Of a stretch of DNA of 64,000 nucleotides, positions 10,468-19,223 are shown one piece after another (position 1 is the first letter of the stretch; every line of letters begins with the position of its first letter). This DNA is from Candidatus Micrarchaeota archaeon. GTDB taxonomy: Archaea > Micrarchaeota > Micrarchaeia > Anstonellales > Bilamarchaeaceae. Under the pieces are notes generated by a model that searched no databases, was not told the DNA's origin, and was given only the letters and a program-made list of their open reading frames with translations. The stretch lies in NCBI GenBank assembly GCA_043812915.1, contig JBDRLQ010000004.1:32001-96000 (forward strand), written 5' to 3'. A program made the position numbers and the translations under genes.

Positions 10468-10938
10468 TCACGAGAGTTGAGAATCGTGCTTTCCCTCGTC
10501 AATTTCCCTGATTGCGTCTCGTCCCTTTTTCCCGTCAACGGTAACTCCCATGCTCACGCATGTGCCGATGACTTCCTTGAGCGCTTCCTTTGTGCCTTTT
10601 CCAAGCGAGTTGCCCCTCGCCTTTGCGATGCCGATGAGCTTTGCCATCGCGATATCGCCAGCGGGAGCTTCCCTGTTGCCTGCCCCCTTCTCGATTCCGG
10701 CTTCCTTCTTGATAAGCTCCGCCGTCGGCGGGCTTCCGACTTCAACAGTGAAGCTCTTCGTGTCAGTGTTAACCACTACCTTCACCGGGACCTTCATCCC
10801 GCTGAATGCCTTGGTCGCCTCATTGATTTTCGCGACCACCTGCCCAATGTTCACTCCCATAGGAGCGAGCGCGGGTGCCAGGGGCGGGCCCGCAGTTGCC
10901 TTTCCGCCTTCGACTATGACGTCTAATGTCTTTTCCAT
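10468..10938 (-). CDS. rpl11: 50S ribosomal protein uL11
   Basis: GGKATAGPPLAPAL, GMKVPV, PPTAELIKK, GTCVSMGV. Confidence 0.97.
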   Translation of the reverse strand: MEKTLDVIVEGGKATAGPPLAPALAPMGVNIGQVVAKINEATKAFSGMKVPVKVVVNTDTKSFTVEVGSPPTAELIKKEAGIEKGAGNREAPAGDIAMAKLIGIAKARGNSLGKGTKEALKEVIGTCVSMGVTVDGKKGRDAIREIDEGKHDSQLS

Positions 10939-11006
10939 GCTAATCACTTAGGTTAGTGTTATGAGCAGTATTCCGAGGTTTGTTTTATAAACATATTCAG
11001 TGCGGC

Positions 11007-12542
11007 CTAAGAAAGCGATTTTGCCTTGGTCTTGATTGTCCAGTAGTTGGCGGCTTTTCCACCTGGGAATCGTTCATTCAGCCTGTCCGCCACAACATAG
11101 AAGCTCGGTCTCGGCTCAGCTTCAAGCAATTCCCTCATGAATGCCTCTTTCCTAGCGGTCCATCCGTATGAAGAGCCTTTGGTTGAATGCTGGAGGACTA
11201 TCGGCTTTAGGTCCGGCTCCTGCTTTGCCAGGCGGCCGAGCCTGTTCCGGACTGTATTGATATCCGGCTTCACTTTTGTATCAAACCTCCGCTCGAGCAT
11301 CCGCGCAATCAGGGCGTGCCCAAGCCCGGGCATCCTGTACATAAGGGTTATCAGGAATTCATCCTTCTCGTCATCCCAGGGATATCTGCTATTCTCCATT
11401 GCAATAGGCCTGAGCGCATCTGCCTCATCCGGCCTCGCTTTCAGAAGCTCCCGAAGCATCCTGCGGATTGTCTTATCATCAGCTTTCCTTGCGCCTGGAA
11501 ACTTCTGATTCATCATCCTGGCAAGCTCCTGGCAGGTCCTGGACGGATTCTCCTTTTTTATCGAAATCAGGTAATCTCTCCTGCCACCTGTCCAATCATA
11601 TGCTGAGCGGGGCCTCTGCTCTCTTGGAAGATGCTTCTTCAGGAAATTACGGACTGTCGATGGCCTTGCCTTAATTGCCTGGCCCTCATCGAATTGGCCA
11701 TTAAGCCTTTTTGCTATCTCCATGGAACTTTTGCCCTCCCTGGCAAGGGACAGGGCGAATTCTCCCTTCGCATCATCCCACAGATACCTCTGGCTCAGCT
11801 TCCTCCTTTTCGGAGCCTTTTTGCCTTCCCTCTCCATCCTCTGGAAAAGCGTGTCAACCATGTTCGCTGTGGCGCGCGGCTCCCCTGGAAAAACGTCATT
11901 GACGGCCTCCGCAACCTCTCTGTAGGTAAAGCCTTCCTCCCTGAGCCTTAGCGCAAGGTCTTCCCTTCCTGGGGCGGACCAGTCATATTCGAATCTCAAC
12001 TCTGGATGCTCTCCTGAAAGGTGCTGGATTTTCCTCCTGACCTTTTCCGGGGTTATATCCGAGGCGCTTGCAAACTTCGTGCTTAGGGACAGTGCCAGCC
12101 TCCAGCAGTTCCAGTTCGGGTTCCTGCGCCGCTGGGAAATAAGGTAGTCGGTTTCACCATCCGTCCAGTTATGCTGTTTCCCTTTGCCCAATTCTCTGGC
12201 AATTGCCCTTGCCCGCGCCAGCACGGCCTCAAATTCCCGGTTGATGTCGCTCTGAAGAAATCTATCCCATTCATTTTTTCGAGGGACGATCTGAGCCACT
12301 TTATCCGCGATGTCCTCCGCGGCAGCCCGGCCGGCAGGGTATGCCCCATTCAGAATCCTGGCCAGGCCGGCAAAATCCGCAGGGTCATGGCCATCTTTCA
12401 GCATTTCGCTGAGCAGGGCCAGCCTGTTGGGGCTCCAGGCATATGGTTCCCCGTTCTTCCTGCGCCCTGGGGGCGTTGCGGCAGCTTCCCTGGCTACTGC
12501 TGAAGAATGCGCTAAAACTCTCCCTCTCTGACTTGCACTCAT
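11007..12542 (-). CDS. Protein of seven tandem Myb/GcrA-like helix-turn-helix repeats
   Basis: Seven ~60-aa units each starting (Y/H)xW followed by (I/L/V)AxxL(N)xxF and a T(V/I)R recognition-type helix. Confidence 0.7.
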   Translation of the reverse strand: MSASQRGRVLAHSSAVAREAAATPPGRRKNGEPYAWSPNRLALLSEMLKDGHDPADFAGLARILNGAYPAGRAAAEDIADKVAQIVPRKNEWDRFLQSDINREFEAVLARARAIARELGKGKQHNWTDGETDYLISQRRRNPNWNCWRLALSLSTKFASASDITPEKVRRKIQHLSGEHPELRFEYDWSAPGREDLALRLREEGFTYREVAEAVNDVFPGEPRATANMVDTLFQRMEREGKKAPKRRKLSQRYLWDDAKGEFALSLAREGKSSMEIAKRLNGQFDEGQAIKARPSTVRNFLKKHLPREQRPRSAYDWTGGRRDYLISIKKENPSRTCQELARMMNQKFPGARKADDKTIRRMLRELLKARPDEADALRPIAMENSRYPWDDEKDEFLITLMYRMPGLGHALIARMLERRFDTKVKPDINTVRNRLGRLAKQEPDLKPIVLQHSTKGSSYGWTARKEAFMRELLEAEPRPSFYVVADRLNERFPGGKAANYWTIKTKAKSLS

Positions 12543-12602
12543 ATTTTGTAATTATTATACACAATAAGTTAAAATACCTTAAGGACTGCCCGCTTCCAGC
12601 AG

Positions 12603-14126
12603 TCATTCCCCAAAAATCAGGCGCTCTTTCCGTTCCAGGAAGTCTAGCAGCCATTGCGCATCTTCCCCTTCCCCCTGCTCCAGATTTCCTCTCAACACTG
12701 AAAGCACGTGCCTTGCGGTTGCCACATATTCCTGCGGATTAACTTCAATCTCCCGGCTGCTGCTGAAACAGAAGCTGAGGTTGAGGGGATTGGAATTGGT
12801 CACCAGCATGGCGCGGCTCGCGGAAGTATCAGGTATGCCAAGAACATTGATTGGGTCCACTCTGTCCGGGCCGACAAACTCAAGGCTAACAACTCCTGAG
12901 GCACTCCTGCGCATTGTCAGCCTGAAGATGGAAGAACCGCTAAAGCCCCGGATGCGGTTGATGAATTCTTGGCGCGCCGAAGCCCCGCGCCCCACACCGC
13001 GCCTGGTGCTTATCTCCAGCGTCCGGTTCCCGTCCTCTTCCCGATACCGAGCGGTTGTCCATCCAGCTTCGTTAACCCATTGAATTCCGTTGTCAATCGA
13101 AGTTTCTTCCCATCTTGGATGGCGGTAGCTGGTGCTATGTTCTGAAAGGGCGAATTCACTGAAAGGAGACATGTCAAAGGAACCCGGATATTCCCTCTCA
13201 ACGCCTGCAAGGCTGCGCATTATCTCATCTTCCCTATCGAAACCTTCATCTATCCTCCCTATATTTGCCCGCACCCTCGCCAAGACTTCTGAGTGCCTGT
13301 GCCCATGGACATAATACCACATTTCCCCGAATGATTGGAAACCGGTTCCCATAAGCGCGCTAACTGAAATATTTCCCAGGGTGGTATCCCTTGCAGAGCT
13401 TGCCTGCCTGGAAACAAGTTCCCTGAATGCGTCTTCTGCAACTGCAGGATCACCAGTCCGCACCAGGGCGTTGTGGATAAGGCTGATTCCAATCCTCGCA
13501 TCATAGTGCCTGGCGATATGCTCCCCAAGATACATCACGAATGCCTCCGCCTCAATCTCATTGGCCCATTTGTCATTGGCGTTGTGCCCAAGGTATCCGT
13601 CGAAGGAATGGCCCTGCTCATGGGCCCATACCTCCAGCCTAGAATTCGCCTCGATAATTGAGCCTGGCATAACCCTGCAGTGGTCCCTGTATCTGATGCC
13701 TGCTTGCTGGCTTATCCCCTCCCGGAACATTCCCTCCCCGATGAATATGTCCCTTGGCCCGGGCCGGAAGCATCCTCCTGCCTCATTACTGCATATTGCC
13801 CGAAGCTCCTCGTCTGAAACAAGGCTCACCCGCTCACTTGGTATCGGCTCGCGCCCAGAAATCTCACGGGCAATCGGCTCCCATATCCTGAAATCCGACG
13901 CCTCGATGATGTTCGCCGCCCGGAACCAGTCGTTCTCCTCGGATACTGTTCTTCGCACTTCCACAGGATCTGGCGCCGCCCTGGTCCCTCTGGGGGTGCC
14001 CGCGCAGGCGGGGAGCAGCAATAGCCCTGCCGCTAACGGAGCGACAATCCTTCTGGCAACTTTCCCGACCTTCTCCCGCCTGGCTTCCTTCTTCAGGCAG
14101 GTGGAAACAAGCTTCCTATTTTTCAT
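12603..14126 (-). CDS. Membrane-anchored/lipoprotein zinc metallopeptidase-like protein (HExxH...E)
   Basis: Basic N-region and h-region ending LLLPAC; VWAHEQGH followed by EIEAEAF. Confidence 0.65.
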   Translation of the reverse strand: MKNRKLVSTCLKKEARREKVGKVARRIVAPLAAGLLLLPACAGTPRGTRAAPDPVEVRRTVSEENDWFRAANIIEASDFRIWEPIAREISGREPIPSERVSLVSDEELRAICSNEAGGCFRPGPRDIFIGEGMFREGISQQAGIRYRDHCRVMPGSIIEANSRLEVWAHEQGHSFDGYLGHNANDKWANEIEAEAFVMYLGEHIARHYDARIGISLIHNALVRTGDPAVAEDAFRELVSRQASSARDTTLGNISVSALMGTGFQSFGEMWYYVHGHRHSEVLARVRANIGRIDEGFDREDEIMRSLAGVEREYPGSFDMSPFSEFALSEHSTSYRHPRWEETSIDNGIQWVNEAGWTTARYREEDGNRTLEISTRRGVGRGASARQEFINRIRGFSGSSIFRLTMRRSASGVVSLEFVGPDRVDPINVLGIPDTSASRAMLVTNSNPLNLSFCFSSSREIEVNPQEYVATARHVLSVLRGNLEQGEGEDAQWLLDFLERKERLIFGE

Positions 14127-14184
14127 CCATACTTATATTGCTTGGATATCTTTAAAAACAAGTATTAACACACATTCCAACAGA

Positions 14185-14883
14185 TTATCCCCAGCCCTCG
14201 AACTTGACTGCTGATTGGTCGACTCCCTCTTTTATGAGCAAATCCCTCATCGTCATAGTCATCTTCAGCGGGCCGCAGAGGAACCACTGGCGCTCATCGA
14301 GGGGTCCTGCGTATTTGAGGAGCATTGCCTCGTTTATCCTCCCGCATTCGCCCTCCCAGCTCTTGGGCTCCTCGCGCGTGAGGGTGATCACCACATCCAC
14401 GGATTTGCTCCTTGCAAGCTCTTCCAGCTCCCTTGCGTATAGAATCAGGCTCCTTTTCCTCGCGCTGAAGAATAGCGTGAACTGCCCCTTGATTTTCTCA
14501 TCACGGATGTACCTGAGCATGCTCATGAAGGGTGCAATGCCCGTTCCTCCAGCAATGAACGCGCACTTCTCCTGCTTCTCGTAGATGAAATGCCCCATCG
14601 GGCCGGAGACTCCGTAGACATCGCCTTCCTTGGCCTTCTTCATTATGGATGTCATCTGCCCGTCAATCATCTTGATGCAGAACTCTAGGTATGGCTGGGT
14701 AGGCGAGGAAGCAAGGGAATATGGCCTTTTGACCATTTCATTCCCGTCCTTGTCCAGGGCGTGGAGCATCACGAAATGCCCCGGGAGGTATTCCAGGGGT
14801 TCGCCCTCGGCTTCCATGCGGATAATCCTGATGTCCTTTGCCTGCTTCTCAACGGATGTTACCCTGTATCTAAGAATGTCCAT
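14185..14883 (-). CDS. FAD/NAD(P)-binding oxidoreductase (ferredoxin-NADP reductase family)
   Basis: RPYSLAS, GPMGHF, FIAGGTGIAPF, FLCGP, C-terminal FEGWG. Confidence 0.92.
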   Translation of the reverse strand: MDILRYRVTSVEKQAKDIRIIRMEAEGEPLEYLPGHFVMLHALDKDGNEMVKRPYSLASSPTQPYLEFCIKMIDGQMTSIMKKAKEGDVYGVSGPMGHFIYEKQEKCAFIAGGTGIAPFMSMLRYIRDEKIKGQFTLFFSARKRSLILYARELEELARSKSVDVVITLTREEPKSWEGECGRINEAMLLKYAGPLDERQWFLCGPLKMTMTMRDLLIKEGVDQSAVKFEGWG

Positions 14884-14962
14884 TAACCCACTTTCCGCTT
14901 GTATGGATAACCTCTAAAGAAGTCTAAGATAAGGTTAAAAAACACACACCCTAAATCCCTAC

Positions 14963-15700
14963 ATGGCAGATAATTTCCAACATGTATTCCAGCAAGCCTG
15001 GAGATTCTACCTGAGCCGGCTGAAGCTGATACTGGTCTTCTCAGTGCCATTCCTCCTGGCCCTCATAATACCTGTGCTTGTGGCAGCGCCCACCTATCTT
15101 GCCCTCGGAGGGGTTTTCCTTAGGACAGGAAGCATCCCCGAGCTTTCTATTCTCGATGCCCTGATGACTGCGGCGGCATATTTCTTCACGGTGTTCCTGA
15201 TTTCGGACACTATAGTCAATGTGAACCTAATCGTGAAATCCAGGCGGACGCTCACTGAAATCAAGAAGAGCGTTATAACCGGAATCGGAACATATGCAAT
15301 GAGGATATTCTTCATCTACACGATCATGCTCCTGCTGATGTTCGTTTTCCAGCTGATAACCTATGACAACCCGCTGCAGTCCTGGCTGTATCCGCTCTTC
15401 GTGCTTGCGCTTTCATTCCTGCTATTCTTCGTTGCTCCAGCAATCGTCATCGACCATTCGGACACGCCCACCGCCATGAGGCGCTCGGCCCGCATGGCAA
15501 TGGAGAAGCCGGTTTATGTCCTTCTATGGGCAATCACAGGGCTGGTGATGGTTTCAGCGACCGAACTAATCGGCCTGCTGATCTTCTCCAGCCCGTTCTC
15601 GCAGTTCTTCGTGATGCTGGTGAATTCGTTCTTCATCCTGCCGCTCCTTGTGATACTGCAGACGATGATGTATATGGAGAAATACCCGCTTTCAAGGTGA
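14963..15700 (+). CDS. Multi-pass membrane protein
   Basis: About six hydrophobic segments. Confidence 0.75.
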   Translation: MADNFQHVFQQAWRFYLSRLKLILVFSVPFLLALIIPVLVAAPTYLALGGVFLRTGSIPELSILDALMTAAAYFFTVFLISDTIVNVNLIVKSRRTLTEIKKSVITGIGTYAMRIFFIYTIMLLLMFVFQLITYDNPLQSWLYPLFVLALSFLLFFVAPAIVIDHSDTPTAMRRSARMAMEKPVYVLLWAITGLVMVSATELIGLLIFSSPFSQFFVMLVNSFFILPLLVILQTMMYMEKYPLSR

Positions 15701-15706
15701 GATCTT

Positions 15707-16693
15707 TTGAATTCAAAGACCCAGTCACGCAAGAAGGACCACATCGACGTAGTCCTCGGAAAGGACGTCCAGTACTCATCCAGCGCCGGCTTTGACTCTG
15801 TTCGTTTCCTTCACAACGCATTGCCCGAGCTGGACCTGGCGAAAGTCGACCTTTCATGCGAGTTCCTCGGAAAGAGCATGAAATTCCCCCTCATCATCGA
15901 GGCTATGACCGGAGGATATCCAGAAGCCGGGGGGATTAACCGCGCCCTGGCCAAAGCAGCGCAGGAAGCCGGCGTGGCAATGGGCCTTGGCTCGCAGAGG
16001 GCCATGCTTGAGAATCCTGGTTTGACGGAGACCTTCCAGATTCGGAAAGTCGCCCCGGACATCCCCCTTATCGCGAACATCGGGGCCGTCCAGCTGAATC
16101 ATTATCCTGTTCCTGAAATCGGTAAGCTTGTCTCATCCGTTGATGCCGATGCCCTCGCGGTGCATTTGAATGCGTTGCAGGAGATCATCCAGCCTGAGGG
16201 GGACCATGATTTCTCAGGCGCTTTGGATGCGATTTCAAAGCTGTGCGACAAGATTGATGTCCCGGTCATTGTGAAAGAGACTGGCGCCGGGATAAGCCGG
16301 GACGTCGCTGAGAAGCTCAGGGATGCCGGCGTCGCCTGGATAGATGTGGCCGGCTCAGGAGGAACCTCCTGGAGCAAGGTGGAGTACATGCGCAGGGGCA
16401 CAATCCCGGGTTTCGAGGAGTGGGGGATACCGACAGTCGAGAGCATCAGGATGTGCAGGGGGATACTTCCCCTCATCGCCAGCGGAGGGCTCCGGAGCGG
16501 GGTTGATGCGGCCAAGGCGATTGCCCTCGGCGCGGACATGGCAGGGGCGGCATTCCCGTTCCTGAAGGCGTACAAGGAGAATAATCTTGCTGAGGAGCTC
16601 TCCTTATGGGGAAAACAGATGAAAGTGGCCGCTTTCCTGACAGGAAGCAGCAATTACAATGAGCTTGGTAATGCCAAACTGCTCACAAGCTGA
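15707..16693 (+). CDS. fni: Type 2 isopentenyl-diphosphate delta-isomerase
   Basis: RKKDHI, AMTGG, LGSQR, HLNALQE, VKETGAG, GSGGTSW. TTG start preceded by GGTGA. Confidence 0.95.
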   Translation: MNSKTQSRKKDHIDVVLGKDVQYSSSAGFDSVRFLHNALPELDLAKVDLSCEFLGKSMKFPLIIEAMTGGYPEAGGINRALAKAAQEAGVAMGLGSQRAMLENPGLTETFQIRKVAPDIPLIANIGAVQLNHYPVPEIGKLVSSVDADALAVHLNALQEIIQPEGDHDFSGALDAISKLCDKIDVPVIVKETGAGISRDVAEKLRDAGVAWIDVAGSGGTSWSKVEYMRRGTIPGFEEWGIPTVESIRMCRGILPLIASGGLRSGVDAAKAIALGADMAGAAFPFLKAYKENNLAEELSLWGKQMKVAAFLTGSSNYNELGNAKLLTS

Positions 16694-16873
16694 GCGTTTT
16701 CCATCCCGATCCGATTCCCGCTTTTTTGTGACATCCCTTTTTAAGCTTTCCAACATAGTTTTAGACCTAATTAACACCATATGTTTCCACCGGGTAGACC
16801 TCCCACGGCATCGTCATAGTGGTTTTTGGTGGAAAAACATATGTTTAAATACAACAAGAGGTATAAATAACAT

Positions 16874-18622
16874 ATGGCCAGAAGCAAGCTCCCCCCCAGA
16901 CGGAGGACCATAGAAGCCCCTGACGGGCCTTACTCCCAGTACCCCGGGCAGCTTGCGAGGGGAATGAAAAAGATTTTCGGCACTATGGAGCAGTTCCCCG
17001 GAGGCGCTCAGGCTGTGCCCCACGCCAAGAGGCTTGTTGACAGGCTTATCCATTATAACATTCTCGAGCCTGATAAGATAGGCGACAGGAAGGCAGACCC
17101 AAAATCCCTCAACCTCAAGCTGGGCTATCTTGCGGCAATGCACAGCTTCAAGGAATCCGCGGTTTCCAAGGGAATCCTCCCACCATCCATTTTCTCCAAG
17201 CACAAGCACGTCGTAGACGGGCATGATGTCCTCTGCGCCCTCCGTGACAATGACCTTGGAACCCAGAGCAGCGCAATAACTTCAGCCCTTCTTGAGAATC
17301 CGTCGCTTGGTCTCCTAGTCTGGATGGCCGACCTCACACAGTGCTATGAGGCAGAAGCAGGAATAGCGAAGAAGGAGCTTGGCAACCTCGATCCGCACGT
17401 GTTCCACACCCATGGTGTAGGCGAGGGCAGCATGGAATACCGGAAGCTTGCAAGGCAGGCATTAAACGTCTATTCACAGCTTGCCGATGCCCTCGATTAC
17501 CGTGAGCTTTCAGGAGACCTCATGAAGATGGCATATTTCCACCTCAACAGGGAGCTCCACGACTATGTCGAGCAGGCCTTCGAGCTAACCACGTTCATGG
17601 CTGACAATACCCTCGCAGTATATCAGAAAGCAAAGCCGATAATCGAGGAGGAGCTTCGTCGCCTGGGCTATGATGTGGAATTCCACGTGAGGGAAGACAA
17701 GAACCTCGGAAAGGCGATGGGCAAGGTCGAGAAGAAGCTCCGCGAGAAAGGCATGTGCGCAACGCCGGGCGCCGTTCTCGATGAGGTTATGGACCTCAAT
17801 GACCGGGTCGCATTTACCATTGAAGTCAAGAAGTATGATGGCAAGACTGTCGGGCAGAAGGACATGGAGCGCTTCGACGAAGTTCTTCTTGTGGCAATGA
17901 CTGCCATAAACAGCATAACAGAGCTCAGGGACGTCGACCCGGAAAAGCTCATAATGGGCATCTTGGACAAGGAGGCGCTCATGAGGAAGCGCATTGGAAA
18001 GGACGGTTCTCTTGAAGAAGGCCTCTACAGGGATTACATATCAAGCCCGAAGCCTAACGGCTACCAGTCCCTCCACGGGGATATGAGGTTCGTTGATGCA
18101 GACAACTTTGCCAACCTTGAAATCCACGTAGAGAACAGCACGATGCATGGGAACTCCAAGACCGGAAGCGCGGCCCACGCACTCTACAAAGGGGGAGGCC
18201 CGCTTGCAAGAAGGGCACAGAGGAACTACAGGAATGTCCTCGAGGCGATAGCGCGCGGCGGAAATGGCAATGGCTCTGCAGGCGTAATCCGGACGATAAA
18301 TGTCCAGGTCGTCGAAATAAACGGCAAATGCAAGACCAAGGAAGTCGTGCTCCCTGAGCACGCCTCGGTCGCTGACGCGCTCGCGGAGGCTGACATAGAT
18401 GACTTCCTAAACGGGCTCGCGCTTACGCCGCCCCTCAGGCTCACCGACAAGCTCGGGGATGTCAGAAAGCTTGAGGTTAGGCACAGCGAAGGCAGCGGCC
18501 ACCTTGTAGGCGCGATGTTCGATGTGGCGTCAGCGGCCACAGAAGCTGGGCAGAGAGCCCTCAAGAAGGCGAGGCAGGCTGTCCCGGGCCTCTTCCAAAA
18601 GCGCAACGGCAACTGCAAGTAG
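16874..18622 (+). CDS. Divergent long RelA/SpoT homolog (degenerate HD + synthetase + TGS-like)
   Basis: DYISSPKPNGYQSLH, LEIHV..TMH, GSAAHALYK; ARQALNVYSQLADAL helix; C-terminal LPEHASVADAL resembles TGS. Confidence 0.8.
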   Translation: MARSKLPPRRRTIEAPDGPYSQYPGQLARGMKKIFGTMEQFPGGAQAVPHAKRLVDRLIHYNILEPDKIGDRKADPKSLNLKLGYLAAMHSFKESAVSKGILPPSIFSKHKHVVDGHDVLCALRDNDLGTQSSAITSALLENPSLGLLVWMADLTQCYEAEAGIAKKELGNLDPHVFHTHGVGEGSMEYRKLARQALNVYSQLADALDYRELSGDLMKMAYFHLNRELHDYVEQAFELTTFMADNTLAVYQKAKPIIEEELRRLGYDVEFHVREDKNLGKAMGKVEKKLREKGMCATPGAVLDEVMDLNDRVAFTIEVKKYDGKTVGQKDMERFDEVLLVAMTAINSITELRDVDPEKLIMGILDKEALMRKRIGKDGSLEEGLYRDYISSPKPNGYQSLHGDMRFVDADNFANLEIHVENSTMHGNSKTGSAAHALYKGGGPLARRAQRNYRNVLEAIARGGNGNGSAGVIRTINVQVVEINGKCKTKEVVLPEHASVADALAEADIDDFLNGLALTPPLRLTDKLGDVRKLEVRHSEGSGHLVGAMFDVASAATEAGQRALKKARQAVPGLFQKRNGNCK

Positions 18623-18625
18623 GCT

Positions 18626-19087
18626 TTAGACCTGCGAGAACTCGCTCATTTTTTTCATTACATTGAGGACAACGCTTGTATTCGTCTTGTCCACGCCCGG
18701 AATCCCGAGTATGCCCTTGACCAGGGCCGAGAATTCCTGGCGGCTCTTGCACATCACGATGGCGATTGAGTCGTACTGGCCAGTCGTGTCATATACCGCG
18801 GCGACTCCCTGGAGCTTCGCAATCTTCTCCTGCACCTTGAGGATGTCCCCGGATATGCTTATCTGGAGTACTGCCATGAAATCGAATCCGAGGGCAAGGT
18901 AGTCAAAATTCGCTGAGTAGCCGGCAATTATTCCTCCCTTCTCCAGGCGGTTCATCCTCTCTATGAGCGCAGCCGGGCTCATCCCCACACTCGCAGCTAT
19001 CTCCCGGTATGAACGCCTGCAGTTTCGTCTGAGTTCCAGAAGGATCTGCCTGTCTGTCGAATCTAGCCCCAAATGTTTGGTTTTCAT
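18626..19087 (-). CDS. Lrp/AsnC family transcriptional regulator
   Basis: LDSTDRQILLELRRNCRRSYREIA HTH plus RAM domain (YDTTGQYD). Divergent from glnA. Confidence 0.93.
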   Translation of the reverse strand: MKTKHLGLDSTDRQILLELRRNCRRSYREIAASVGMSPAALIERMNRLEKGGIIAGYSANFDYLALGFDFMAVLQISISGDILKVQEKIAKLQGVAAVYDTTGQYDSIAIVMCKSRQEFSALVKGILGIPGVDKTNTSVVLNVMKKMSEFSQV

Positions 19088-19123
19088 TCATTTTCACCAT
19101 CATAAGCTAAACATTTGTAAGCA

Positions 19124-19139
19124 ATATTTATATAAATAT
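19124..19139. promoter_or_regulatory. Perfect 16-bp palindrome ATATTTATATAAATAT (bidirectional TATA/operator between lrp and glnA)
   Basis: Self-complementary sequence in the divergent intergenic region. Confidence 0.55.
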
Positions 19140-19223
19140 CGAATTTTTGTTTTGGAAAATAAGGATAAACAATATAAAAAGGTCGAAACCAAGCTATCCA
19201 AAGAACAAATGGAAGGCGGTACC

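Noticed and set aside
18963..19223. Long N-terminal extension of GlnA in the ORF track (similarly RpoN from 26625 and GNAT from 53603)
   Set aside because: Overlaps the neighbouring gene or promoter; homology begins at the downstream start codon.
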